The notes: generated by a model not told the origin, from the letters alone. A stretch of DNA of 64,000 bases from Candidatus Hadarchaeota archaeon (GCA_040755315.1 JBFMBF010000002.1:13361-77360); one strand, 5' to 3'; positions 17,255 through 26,458 are shown, counted from the first letter of the stretch. Made by a program: numbers and translations.

Positions 17255-17544
17255 TTCGTTTCACTCCTTTCAGTTCGGGCTAAGCTCCCACCGCAGCCCC
17301 TATCGCTCGCGGGTTCATAGATTTCTGTGTTACCCTTTGAAACAGCGGGTATTTTACAAATCTCCAAAGAATTTCCAAATTGTTCCAAACAAGGCGAAAT
17401 TTACGTTCATTTTTTGAGAAATGCTTCTATATCTATTCAGGACCTTACACGGGTTGTTATCCCGCTTTTGGCAGCCATTCTCAGGTTTAAAAGAGGGTTT
17501 TCGCAATTCGTTGGCCACCTAGAAACAGCCTCATTCTTGAGGTG

Positions 17545-18924
17545 TCAGACCACGACCAGGCACGCCACATCCATAACATTAGTCCCTGTTGGCCCGGTCA
17601 TCACGAGGTCCCCAAGTTTCTTGAAGAATGGGTAGGGCGCGTTTTCCTTCAGGTAGTCCTTAGGATGCAGCTTCAGGCTTTCAGCCCTTTTGAGAGTGTA
17701 GCCGTCAGCAATTGCACCGGCGGCATCCGTCGGGCCGTCTATACCGTCCGTGCCGAAGGCCACCATAGCAACATTTTTCAGACCCGCCAGCCCCGCCACG
17801 GCTCCAAGCACGAGCTCTTGGCTGCGTCCGCCCGGCCCCTTGCCCACAACATTCACAGTCGTCTCGCCTCCAGAAACAAAGAGCGCCGGCCTTGCCACAG
17901 GCTTGCCCGACTGAATCACGCGCTTCGCAAGAGCGGCAAAGTTCGCGCCGACCTCTCTCGCCTCCCCCTGCATTTTAGTCGTGAGTATCGAGACATTGAA
18001 GCCGAGCGATCTCCCCACCTCTGCGGCCGCCCCCACAGCCTGAGTGTTGCTGGCCATTATTTCATGAAACACTTTCTTGAAGCATTTGTCTCGCGGCTTT
18101 GGAGTGTCCGGAATTTTTTTCCTTGCCCCAGCCTGCAGACGCCCTAGGACACTCTTCGGCAACTTCCCGGCAAGCTTGTACTTCTTGATCACCGCCATCG
18201 CGTCCGCAAAGCTCGTCGAGTCAGGGTAAGTCGGCCCGCTGGCGATTGTGTCCAGCCTGTCTCCAATCACGTCGGAGATCACCAGAGTGACAACCTTGGC
18301 AGGATATGCCGCCCTTGCCAGTTGCCCGCCAGCAATCCCAGAGAGGTGCTTCCTGACGGAGTTTGTCTCGTGGATGTCCGCCCCGCACTTGAGGAAAAGC
18401 TTGGTCGTCTCCTGCAGCTCGTCAAGGGAAATCCCATCGGCAGGTAGCGGGATGAGCGCCGAGCCGCCGCCGCTCAAGAGGCAGATGACAAGGTCGTTGG
18501 GCCCGAGGCCGCTGACCAACTCAATCATCTTCTTTGCGCCCCCCACGCCAGCCTCTGTCGGCAGGGGGTGGGTGGCTTCATGGAGTTTGATTTTTTCCAC
18601 GCGATATTTCGACGCCTGCCCCTTGGGGACGTTGACCACCCCCGCGGTGATGAAGTTTCCGACCATCCCCTCGAGGGCCTCCGCCATTGCCCCGCTCGCC
18701 TTCCCGCCGCCAACCACGATGACCTTCTCGGCTTTTGATAGGTCAAATTCTTTTTTACCAACATTCAGGCGCTTCCCCTCCAGCCTCAACCGGCGGCGCA
18801 TAGCTGAAGACGGGTCGGCGGAATCAATCGCCCTTTTCACGACTTCGATGAGCACTTCTCTCGCCCGCCGGAGCTCAGGCGTCTCAGCGTTGTCGAGCAG
18901 TTGCTTTTCATTTTTGATTGCCAT
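17545..18924 (-). CDS. Glycerate 2-kinase (DUF4147 + MOFRL family)
   Basis: 459 aa. 'VIVVGGGKASGAMAEALE' and a C-terminal MOFRL-like region 'FGTDGIDGPTDAAGAIADG' are present. Confidence 0.8.
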   Translation of the reverse strand: MAIKNEKQLLDNAETPELRRAREVLIEVVKRAIDSADPSSAMRRRLRLEGKRLNVGKKEFDLSKAEKVIVVGGGKASGAMAEALEGMVGNFITAGVVNVPKGQASKYRVEKIKLHEATHPLPTEAGVGGAKKMIELVSGLGPNDLVICLLSGGGSALIPLPADGISLDELQETTKLFLKCGADIHETNSVRKHLSGIAGGQLARAAYPAKVVTLVISDVIGDRLDTIASGPTYPDSTSFADAMAVIKKYKLAGKLPKSVLGRLQAGARKKIPDTPKPRDKCFKKVFHEIMASNTQAVGAAAEVGRSLGFNVSILTTKMQGEAREVGANFAALAKRVIQSGKPVARPALFVSGGETTVNVVGKGPGGRSQELVLGAVAGLAGLKNVAMVAFGTDGIDGPTDAAGAIADGYTLKRAESLKLHPKDYLKENAPYPFFKKLGDLVMTGPTGTNVMDVACLVVV

Positions 18925-19015
18925 CCTCCCACGTTTTGTAATCTCCTTTTGGTTAAATTAAGCCGACGGGGCCAAACTTCCTGCGGCGGCACAGCAGCCA
19001 GCCACACCCAAAAGG

Positions 19016-19024
19016 TTTTTATAG
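19016..19024 (+). promoter_or_regulatory. TATA-like box (TTTTTATAG)
   Basis: It lies about 35-45 nt upstream of the candidate GTG starts 19057 and 19066 of the small wHTH-like ORF. Confidence 0.3.
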
Positions 19025-19056
19025 TTCTGAGTGTCATTCAGAACTACAGAAAAAAG

Positions 19057-19347
19057 GTGAAACTCGTGAGGCGGGCGTGCGAGAGAACGTGGAGAAACAT
19101 CTTGGAGTGGGCATGGGACAACAAGATACAAGAGTTTACCCACCAGGATCTCCTTCAGAACGGCGTCGTCAGCTACAAAGGAAACGAGCGGGCCAAAATA
19201 AGGTCTGCATCATCATCCTTGTACAGGATGTGGCGGGCCGGGCTGCTCACCCGTTTGGCTGTTGGCAAGGGTCGCCGCGCCAGCCTGTACACCACAATCT
19301 CACGCGAAGAATACAAGCGAACGCTCGAGCGGCTCGTCTTCGTTTGA
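19057..19347 (+). CDS. Small winged-helix-like protein (hypothetical)
   Basis: This is the 3' part of ORF 18901..19347; the 5' part overlaps the glycerate kinase gene. 'FTHQDLLQNG ... IRSASSSLYRMWRAGLLTRLAVGKGRRASLYT' resembles a recognition helix plus wing. A GTG start is assumed. Confidence 0.4.
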   Translation: MKLVRRACERTWRNILEWAWDNKIQEFTHQDLLQNGVVSYKGNERAKIRSASSSLYRMWRAGLLTRLAVGKGRRASLYTTISREEYKRTLERLVFV

Positions 19348-19383
19348 ACTGTGCCAGAGAAAGCAGAAAATTTTCCAACGGGA

Positions 19384-20937
19384 TTAGTCCAGCCTGAGCC
19401 CCAGCTTCTCCTTCCTAAATATCTTCTCGTCCATCAGCTTGAGCTTGCTTGAGACGGTCGGGGAGAACTCCATCTGCGCGAGGACATCCTTCTCCAGGTC
19501 TACCCCGGGCGCAATCTCCTCCAGCACAAGCCCGTCCTTGCCCAGCCTGAAGACCGCCCTCTCCGTGACATACATGACCTCCTGCCCCTTCTTCCTCGCA
19601 TACTCCCCGCTGAAAGTGATCTGCTCCACATTCTTCACAAATTTCTTGATCAATCCCTCTTTCAAAATCTTCAGCCTCCCCTCCCCGACCTCCACCTCAA
19701 GGCCCTTGGTGGTCATCGTCCCGCAGAAGACGACCTTCTTTGCATTCTGCGCGATGTCTATGAACCCGCCGCAGCCCGCGAACCTCCCCCCAAACTTGCT
19801 CACGTTCTCGTTCCCCTTCTCATCGACCTGCGCCAGACCCAAAAATCCCAAATCCAGACCGCCCCCCTGGTAAAAATCAAATTGATAGGGCTGGTCAATG
19901 ACCGCCTCGTAGTTTACCGCGACCCCGAAATCGCAGCCAGACAGGGGAACCCCGCCTATGACGCCCGACTCCACCGTCAGCGTGATCTTGTCGTAAATGT
20001 TCTCCTCCATGGCGACATTGGCGACCTCCGTGGCCATCCCGATACCAAGGTTCACGACCGCCCCTTGCTTCAGCTCCATGGCTGCCCTCCTCCCGACGAC
20101 CTTCCTCTCGTCAAGCGGCCTAGGCTCGACCGCGGCCGGAGGGACCCTAACTTCCCCGCTTATCGCCGGGTTGTAAGCTATCTGAGAAGTCTGCCAACTG
20201 TACTCTGGTTTAGTGGCCTTCACGACGTAATCCACCAAGATGCCCGGGATCACGACGCTCTTGCTCGGCAAGAGGTCATCGGCGATCCTTTCAACCTGAA
20301 CGGTTGTGATTCCACCAGAATTCCTCGTCGCCTGCGCCATGGCCAAATTTTCAAGGGTAACCCCCTCTTTTTCCATCGATATGTTGCCCTTCCTGTCTGC
20401 AGTCGTTCCCCGGATCATGGAAAAATCCATCGGGAAGGCTTTGTAAAGCAGGTACTCTTTCCCGTCGTACTCGACCAACTTTACCATGTCTTCCGCTTTC
20501 TTTGTGATCTCGTTTATTTTGCCGCCTTCCACTCGAGGGTCCACGAAGGTCCACAAGCCAGTGTGGCTCATCAGGTACTGTCTTTTGGCGGCGATTGTCC
20601 TGAACATTTGCGAAATTATGCCTTGTGGAAAACAATAACAGAGAACTTTGTTGTTCAAAATCAAGTCGCTTATTTGCGGGGCCTTCCCGGAGTGCGTCAT
20701 TATCAGCTTTCCGGCCAGGCCCTCGACACCAAGAACATCGAACCCCACATTTTTCCCACCAGATTGACCCGCGGGGCCGACGAAAGTCAGGTTTCTCGGT
20801 TTTCCGGTTTTATCAAATCTTTCCCTTAAAGCATGAAAAAGTTCCCGCGGGAGGTTGGTCGTTGTGAAGCCGCCTGTCGCGACGGTGTCTCCATCTTTTA
20901 TGTAGCTAATGGCCTCCTCTGCGGTCACCACTTTCAT
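19384..20937 (-). CDS. Family I acyl-CoA:acetate/3-ketoacid CoA-transferase (fused alpha-beta, YdiF-like)
   Basis: 517 aa. 'AISYIKDGDTVATGGF' is a typical N-terminus, and the catalytic-Glu context is 'LTVESGVIGGVP'. Confidence 0.8.
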   Translation of the reverse strand: MKVVTAEEAISYIKDGDTVATGGFTTTNLPRELFHALRERFDKTGKPRNLTFVGPAGQSGGKNVGFDVLGVEGLAGKLIMTHSGKAPQISDLILNNKVLCYCFPQGIISQMFRTIAAKRQYLMSHTGLWTFVDPRVEGGKINEITKKAEDMVKLVEYDGKEYLLYKAFPMDFSMIRGTTADRKGNISMEKEGVTLENLAMAQATRNSGGITTVQVERIADDLLPSKSVVIPGILVDYVVKATKPEYSWQTSQIAYNPAISGEVRVPPAAVEPRPLDERKVVGRRAAMELKQGAVVNLGIGMATEVANVAMEENIYDKITLTVESGVIGGVPLSGCDFGVAVNYEAVIDQPYQFDFYQGGGLDLGFLGLAQVDEKGNENVSKFGGRFAGCGGFIDIAQNAKKVVFCGTMTTKGLEVEVGEGRLKILKEGLIKKFVKNVEQITFSGEYARKKGQEVMYVTERAVFRLGKDGLVLEEIAPGVDLEKDVLAQMEFSPTVSSKLKLMDEKIFRKEKLGLRLD

Positions 20938-20970
20938 CTTCTAACCTAAAAACTTCATTTTCAAGTGTTT

Positions 20971-21939
20971 TTAAATGTATTCCCCGGCGCTGATGTTTAT
21001 CAGCTGCCCGGTCATGTACGTCCCCTCGGTCACAAGGAACGCCACCAGCTTCGCGACTTCCTCAGGCTCCCCCTTTCTTCCGAGCGGGATTTTTGACACC
21101 CTCTCGCGGGCCAGGCCAGAAGGCATAGCGTCAGTCATCCTGGTCCTTATGAACCCGGGCAATATCGCGTTGCAGATTATGTTGTACTGGGCATACTCCA
21201 TCGCGACCACCTTCGTGAGCGCGTTCACCCCTCCCTTCGCCGCCGCATAGTTCGCCTGCCCCGTGGCCCCGTCTATTGCGCTCATGGAACTAACGTTGAC
21301 TATGTTCCCCCCGCCCTGCTTGATCATGTACGGCAACGCCGCCCGGATGCAGTTGTATGTCCCGGTAAGATCCACATCGATGACCCTCTGCCACTGGTCC
21401 GGGGCCATGTTAACGAGAAGCTTGTCTACGTTCAGCCCGGCATTGTTCACCAGAACGTCCACCCTGCCCATCTTCTCCACGGTTTCCTTCACCATTTTTT
21501 CGGCTTCCTCATATTTCGAGACATCGCCCCTGATGAAGAGCACGTCTCTGCCTGCTTTTTTGATCTCTTCCATGGCTCTCACTCCTTCCTCAGGCGGGTC
21601 GTGGAAAGCGTTCATCACGATGTTGAATCCCCTCTTGCCCAGCTCCACGGCTATCGCCTTGCCTATCCCCCTGCTGGCCCCCGTGATCACCGCGACCTTG
21701 GCAACCTCCTTTTTCTCCAGCTTGGGGGTGAAGATGATGAATTCCCCAAAGTCTGTTACCTTCTTGTCAACAGTCCCCTCCATCCCTTTCTTCAAAAGAG
21801 GGTAGTTCTCGTCTTCTATCCTAACTAAGTAGCGTTTCCCCGTCTCGTCCTCAACTATCCCGGACTTTGTCGTCTTTTTGTAAGGAGGCGGTGGAACGGT
21901 CACTTCCGTGAAACAGAGTAATTTCGCCTTCATCTTCAC
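20971..21939 (-). CDS. Fusion protein: N-terminal DUF35-type OB fold + FabG-like 3-oxoacyl reductase (SDR)
   Basis: Residues about 80-322 form a classical SDR (TGASRGIGKAIA, NNAG, S...YAAAKGG). Residues 1 to about 75, 'AKLLCFTEVTVPPPPYKKTTKSGIVEDETGKRYLVRIEDENYPLLKKGMEGTV', resemble the acyl-CoA-associated OB fold (DUF35 C-terminal domain) without its Zn ribbon. The ATGA overlaps the thiolase stop. Confidence 0.8.
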   Translation of the reverse strand: MKMKAKLLCFTEVTVPPPPYKKTTKSGIVEDETGKRYLVRIEDENYPLLKKGMEGTVDKKVTDFGEFIIFTPKLEKKEVAKVAVITGASRGIGKAIAVELGKRGFNIVMNAFHDPPEEGVRAMEEIKKAGRDVLFIRGDVSKYEEAEKMVKETVEKMGRVDVLVNNAGLNVDKLLVNMAPDQWQRVIDVDLTGTYNCIRAALPYMIKQGGGNIVNVSSMSAIDGATGQANYAAAKGGVNALTKVVAMEYAQYNIICNAILPGFIRTRMTDAMPSGLARERVSKIPLGRKGEPEEVAKLVAFLVTEGTYMTGQLINISAGEYI

Positions 21940-23081
21940 ATCTCCAATATAGTAACTATCCCAACGGAGCCGGTCCCGCCGTGTCCCTCGACCATGGCGG
22001 TTTTTCTGTTGGGGACCTGTCGCTCGCCGGCTTCCCCTCTAAGTTGCAAGTACATCTCAATCAAAGTCCCAATGTGGGTAGCGCCTATGGGGTGGCCTTT
22101 GGCCTTGAGTCCGCCGCTCACGTTCACAGGGAGAGAACCGTCAAACATAACTGTCCTGTCCCTGACCAGCTTTGCGCCCTCCCCCTGCTTGGCGAACCCC
22201 AGCGCTTCGTAAGCCATGGGCTCGACGGGGGTGAAAGCATCATGGACTTCCACGATATCAATATCTTTTGGACTCTTCCCCGCCTGTTTGTAGGCTTGGT
22301 CCGCCGCTTTCTTCGAGCAGAGCAGAAATGTTGGGTCAGGTCTGTCGGCCACCGCCAAGGTGTCGTGGGCCACGCCCATCCCCTTGATGTAAACCGGCGA
22401 GTCCGTGTACTTCTTCGGGTTGGCGCTCAACAAGACTGCGGCGGCGCCGTCGGTAATCAGCGAGCAGTGGAACAGCCTGATGGGGTCTGCTATCATCCTT
22501 GAACCCATTATCATCTCCTTCGTGACGTCCTTGCGCATGTGCGCCCACGGGTTTTTCAGCGCGTTTTTGTGGTTCTTGAGCGAAATCTCCGCCCAGTCAT
22601 CTTCCGTGACATCGTACTTCTGAGCGTACAGTTGGACCATCAATGAGTATGCGCCAGGTGCGGTTACGCCGTACTTGCGCTCTTCCGGAGCAGACCCGTG
22701 AGTTATAATCTCAGTAATTCTGTCGACCCCGAACTTATTCATCTTCTCGAACCCAACGACAAGGACATTCTCAGCCAGCCCACCCTCAATCATCTTCTTG
22801 CCCTGAAGCACCGCCATGCTCCCGCTTATGCAGGCCGATTCGACGTGGAAACCGTAAGCGTCGGGGTTCCCAAGATACTCCCACGCCAAGGTCCCGGTCT
22901 GATGCTGTTCTGAAAAGGAGTTGTCGACACAGCTCACGATGATGCACGGTATCTCTTTGGGGGAAATGCCCTTCTCAACATTTTTCAAGCAACCGTCCAT
23001 CGCCGCCTTGATGAGGTCTGGAGTATCCATGTCCAACACGCCGTACTTTGTGTGCCCATATGATACAATTCCAACCGTCAT
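21936..23081 (-). CDS. Archaeal-type thiolase (acetyl-CoA C-acetyltransferase, SCP-x-like)
   Basis: 381 aa. The active-site Cys context is 'HVESACISGSMAV', and a C-terminal 'GGLKAKGHPIGATH' is present. Confidence 0.85.
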   Translation of the reverse strand: MTVGIVSYGHTKYGVLDMDTPDLIKAAMDGCLKNVEKGISPKEIPCIIVSCVDNSFSEQHQTGTLAWEYLGNPDAYGFHVESACISGSMAVLQGKKMIEGGLAENVLVVGFEKMNKFGVDRITEIITHGSAPEERKYGVTAPGAYSLMVQLYAQKYDVTEDDWAEISLKNHKNALKNPWAHMRKDVTKEMIMGSRMIADPIRLFHCSLITDGAAAVLLSANPKKYTDSPVYIKGMGVAHDTLAVADRPDPTFLLCSKKAADQAYKQAGKSPKDIDIVEVHDAFTPVEPMAYEALGFAKQGEGAKLVRDRTVMFDGSLPVNVSGGLKAKGHPIGATHIGTLIEMYLQLRGEAGERQVPNRKTAMVEGHGGTGSVGIVTILEM

Positions 23082-23110
23082 TTTGTCACCTTAATTCCCT
23101 GTAAATTCCT

Positions 23111-23119
23111 TTTTAAATA
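23111..23119 (-). promoter_or_regulatory. TATA box for the thiolase operon (TATTTAAAA on the minus strand)
   Basis: It lies about 34 nt upstream of ATG 23081, which is preceded by GGTGA. The IS target duplication begins only 7 nt further out. Confidence 0.4.
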
Positions 23120-23125
23120 GTTATC

Positions 23126-23134
23126 CCCGACAAT
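23126..23134. repeat. Left copy of the 9-bp target-site duplication CCCGACAAT
   Basis: It is identical to 24159..24167 and lies immediately outside the left inverted repeat. Confidence 0.65.
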
Positions 23135-24158
23135 GGGCTTGTCGAATAGTTCGTGATTTATAAATTGCCAGACAACAACACAATCTGAAGAGGCAGGCTG
23201 TGCTGAGGAGGTGGTTTGTAGGACGCACTAGCATGCACCCCGGATACCACGCGGCCCGGCACAGCGCCAAGATTTATGATGTCAACGCAGTTTATAAAAC
23301 CGCCATCAGCCTGGTAGCGAGGCTTCCCCCGCCCTGGGAAAAATCCAAGAGAGGCAGGCGCCCCAAGCTGTCTTCACGTCAATATCTGGCGGTGTGCGTC
23401 GTGTACGTGTGCCTGGACCTCACGTATCGCGAGATCGAGGGGCTCGGCCCGTCTTTTCTGAAGAAGACAGTGGACCACTCCACCGTGGGAAAGGCGTTCA
23501 AGCGGCTGAAGCCGAGTTACGTGAAGCTGGTGCTCGGCCTGCTCAGGAAGAGGCTCAAGGGGCACGCCGAGTTCGACTTCTACTTCATCGACTCGACGGG
23601 CATCTCCACCCCTCGACTGAAAACCCGCGTAAGGGCCCTCAAAAAGGTACGAGAACGCGAAAATCTCAAGCTGCACGTGCTCGCTGGTTATTCCAGCAAG
23701 GCCAGCGCGCTTGTAATTGTCGCGGCGAGGGTCACGAAGCACAATGTCACGGACGGCAGCCAGGTCGGATACCTGACCAGGGGCATCGACGGCGGGGGCA
23801 AGCGCCTCTTGGGGGACTCGGCATACGACTGGAGGCGCAATATCGAGCTCGCGCTGAAGCGCGGGTTCAAACCGTTGTTCAAGCCGAGAGATCTCGAGTA
23901 CCACGGGATGTTCAGGAAGATTGTGCTCCGCGACTTCAAGCGGAACCGCAAGCTCTACAAGCAGAGGGGCATCGGGGAGGCCATATTCGGCGGCATCGAG
24001 AACCGCTACGGTGCCCATACGAGATGCAAGAGGGTGAGGACGAAGGTCCTGAGTATGCTGCTCATGCTCGTGGCCCACAACCTGCGCACCTACATGCGCG
24101 TCCGCGCCGCGGAAAAAAGGGGGTTTTTATTTGTTATATGGATTTATTTGACAAGCCC
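23135..24158 (+). mobile_element. IS5-family insertion sequence (about 1,024 bp)
   Basis: The terminal inverted repeats are GGGCTTGTCGAATA (23135..) and TATTTGACAAGCCC (..24158), matching at 13 of 14 positions. They are flanked by the perfect 9-bp direct repeat CCCGACAAT. A single DDE transposase ORF fills the element. Confidence 0.75.
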
Positions 24159-24204
24159 CCCGACAATTCGTGTAGTATCCACGGCAACTCGCAAAAGGGA
24201 TTAA
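23200..24204 (+). CDS. IS5/IS4-superfamily DDE transposase
   Basis: 334 aa. The N-terminal HTH is 'RGRRPKLSSRQYLAVCVVYVCLDLTYREIEG'. The DDE candidates are 'FYFIDSTGI', 'LLGDSAYD' and 'GEAIFGGIENRYG'. The ORF reads through the right IR and stops 46 nt outside the element. Confidence 0.85.
   Translation: MLRRWFVGRTSMHPGYHAARHSAKIYDVNAVYKTAISLVARLPPPWEKSKRGRRPKLSSRQYLAVCVVYVCLDLTYREIEGLGPSFLKKTVDHSTVGKAFKRLKPSYVKLVLGLLRKRLKGHAEFDFYFIDSTGISTPRLKTRVRALKKVRERENLKLHVLAGYSSKASALVIVAARVTKHNVTDGSQVGYLTRGIDGGGKRLLGDSAYDWRRNIELALKRGFKPLFKPRDLEYHGMFRKIVLRDFKRNRKLYKQRGIGEAIFGGIENRYGAHTRCKRVRTKVLSMLLMLVAHNLRTYMRVRAAEKRGFLFVIWIYLTSPPTIRVVSTATRKRD
24159..24167. repeat. Right copy of the 9-bp target-site duplication CCCGACAAT
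   Basis: It is identical to 23126..23134 and lies immediately outside the right inverted repeat. Confidence 0.65.
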
Positions 24205-24223
24205 TACCCCCTAAAAAAGATAT

Positions 24224-26209
24224 TTGGCGGCAGAAAAGCCGAAATTTCAAGGTGGTTTCACGCAGAAATGGGTCGTGGAAGACAAGAAAGAGAAAAACGT
24301 TTGGTGGCCTTCGGAGGAGATGAAGCGTCGGGCCTGGGTTAACGACCCCTCTATTTACGAGACGGCAGCAAAGGATCCGGTGGCCTTCTGGGGGAAACTC
24401 GCGGCCGAGGGGCTCGAGTGGTTCAAAAAGTGGGACAAAACATACGAGGAAAACCTTCCTTATTACACGTGGTTCGTTGGGGGGAAGCTCAACGTCTGCT
24501 ACAATGCCGTTGACCGCCACATCAAGGCCGGCAAAGGCGACAAGGTCGCGATACTTTGGGTTCCAGAGCCAGTTGAAGAAAGCGCGAGAAAAATCACTTA
24601 CAATGATCTCTATGAGCAGGTCAACCGCTTCGCAAATGTTCTGAAGGGTCTGGGCGTGAAGAAGGGCGACAGGGTCGGCATCTACCTACCTCTAATCCCG
24701 GAGGGCCAGATTGCGATGCTTGCATGCGCCCGGATTGGCGCGGTGCACAGCGTCGTGTTTTCAGCCTTCAGCAGCGACTCCCTCCGCGTGAGGCTGGAGG
24801 ACGCGGGGGCGAAGGTTCTCGTCACATGTGATGGGTATTACCGCCGCGGAAAGATGGTGGACCTCAAAGCCAGCGCCGACGAGGGTATCAAGGGTACGAG
24901 TGTCGAGAAGGTTGTTGTGGTAAAGCGCGCGGGCAACAACGTCAAGATGACCGATGGGCGCGACCTCTGGTGGCACGGTCTATTGAATAAGGCAGGGCCG
25001 ACATGTGAGCCTGAGGTGATGGACGCCGAGGACATGCTTTTCTTGTTATACACGTCCGGCACCACAGGAAGGCCAAAGGGTGTCATCCACACCACCGGCG
25101 GTTACGCAACTCAAGTCTACTGGACGGCAAAATGGGTCTTTGATCTGCACGACGACGACCTCTTCTGGTGCACATCCGACATAGGGTGGGTCACCGGGCA
25201 CTCCTACGCTTGTTACGGGCCTCTTCTCAACGGCGTCAGCATGCTTCTTTTCGAGGGCTCCCCCGACTACCCGGCGCCAGACAGGTGGTGGGAGATAATC
25301 GAGAAATACAAAGTCACGATTTTATACACGGCGCCGACCGCCATCAGAATGTTCGTCCAATTGGGAGTTGAGTGGCCGAAGAAGCACGACCTCAGCGCGC
25401 TTCGACTACTCGGGACCGTGGGAGAGCCAATAGATCTGGAGGCCTGGCTGTGGTATTTCAACAACATCGGTGGCGGAAGATGCCTGATAACTGACACATG
25501 GTGGCAGACCGAGACGGGAGGCACGCTGATGATGAGCTTACCAGGAATAGGGCCTTTCATGCCATCGGTCTCTGGCAGGAGTTTCCCAGGCACAAAGGCC
25601 GAAGTTGTGGACGAGGATGGAAACCCTGCTCCAGCGGGTTATCTCGTCCAGGTTCCGCCAGTCGCTCCGGGAATGCTCAGGGGGCTCTACAAGGCCGATG
25701 ACAAATACCGCCAGACCTACTGGGACAAGTACAACAACAGGTTCTACTTCACGGGAGACGGCGCGAGGAGAGTTCCACATGGGTGCATAAGGGTCACTGG
25801 AAGGGTCGACGATGTCATGAAGGTGGCCGGGCACAGGCTGTCCACAGCGGAGATGGAGGATGCAATGAACAGGCACGAGGCAGTCTCCGAGAGCGCCGTG
25901 ATACCGAAGCCACACCCGATAAAGGGAGAGACGCCGGTGGCTTACGTCATCCTGAAGAAGGGTTACTCTCCTTCGGACGCCCTTGCGAAGGAGCTCCTGG
26001 TCCATGTCGGCAAGGTAATGGGGCCGATTGCTAGGCCTGAACAAGTCTTTATAGTTGATGCGCTCCCGAAGACTAGGAGCGGGAAGATAATGAGAAGAAT
26101 CTTGAAGGCTCTCCTGACGAACGACCCAGTCGGGGACACCACAACCCTGCTGAATCCGGAGTCCGTTGAGGCTTTAAAGAAAAAGGTCGGCTACAAGGGG
26201 CCGGGTTAG
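24224..26209 (+). CDS. acs: Acetyl-CoA synthetase (AMP-forming)
   Basis: 661 aa with a TTG start. It has 'YTSGTTGRPKGV', 'WWQTETGG', 'YFTGDGARR' and 'LPKTRSGKIMRR' motifs. Confidence 0.9.
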   Translation: MAAEKPKFQGGFTQKWVVEDKKEKNVWWPSEEMKRRAWVNDPSIYETAAKDPVAFWGKLAAEGLEWFKKWDKTYEENLPYYTWFVGGKLNVCYNAVDRHIKAGKGDKVAILWVPEPVEESARKITYNDLYEQVNRFANVLKGLGVKKGDRVGIYLPLIPEGQIAMLACARIGAVHSVVFSAFSSDSLRVRLEDAGAKVLVTCDGYYRRGKMVDLKASADEGIKGTSVEKVVVVKRAGNNVKMTDGRDLWWHGLLNKAGPTCEPEVMDAEDMLFLLYTSGTTGRPKGVIHTTGGYATQVYWTAKWVFDLHDDDLFWCTSDIGWVTGHSYACYGPLLNGVSMLLFEGSPDYPAPDRWWEIIEKYKVTILYTAPTAIRMFVQLGVEWPKKHDLSALRLLGTVGEPIDLEAWLWYFNNIGGGRCLITDTWWQTETGGTLMMSLPGIGPFMPSVSGRSFPGTKAEVVDEDGNPAPAGYLVQVPPVAPGMLRGLYKADDKYRQTYWDKYNNRFYFTGDGARRVPHGCIRVTGRVDDVMKVAGHRLSTAEMEDAMNRHEAVSESAVIPKPHPIKGETPVAYVILKKGYSPSDALAKELLVHVGKVMGPIARPEQVFIVDALPKTRSGKIMRRILKALLTNDPVGDTTTLLNPESVEALKKKVGYKGPG

Positions 26210-26457
26210 CCTTTGGAAGTTTTTTTGCGTCTTTGCATTTGTCCAACAAAAGAATGCAAATTGTCGGCGCATGCTTTCACGCGCCTCGTGTGCTGGCCGA
26301 GCTCGTCGATGAGATATCCTATCTTTTCTTCCATTTTGTCCAATTCCTTGATATGCTTGTTCAGTTTGCGGTAGTGGGTCAAAAGCAGAAAAGCTATTCC
26401 AATCTCTCCAAACAGCAAGACCATATCCAATATGAATGTGAGCGTTTGAGGGTCCAT
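26206..26457 (-). CDS. Small TM + coiled-coil protein (hypothetical)
   Basis: 83 aa. It has one N-terminal hydrophobic helix followed by a heptad-like charged region, and sits directly downstream of the aminopeptidase gene. Confidence 0.4.
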   Translation of the reverse strand: MDPQTLTFILDMVLLFGEIGIAFLLLTHYRKLNKHIKELDKMEEKIGYLIDELGQHTRRVKACADNLHSFVGQMQRRKKTSKG

Positions 26458-26458
26458 C

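Noticed and set aside
17255-17544. 290-bp intergenic region, including ORF 17327..17635, examined for ncRNA, tRNA or a hidden small gene.
   Set aside because: No tRNA-like structure or conserved RNA motif is recognisable. The ORF overlaps the glycerate kinase 3' end and has no features of a real protein. The region most likely holds the promoter and leader of the surface-protein operon (GGAGTG before ATG 17254).
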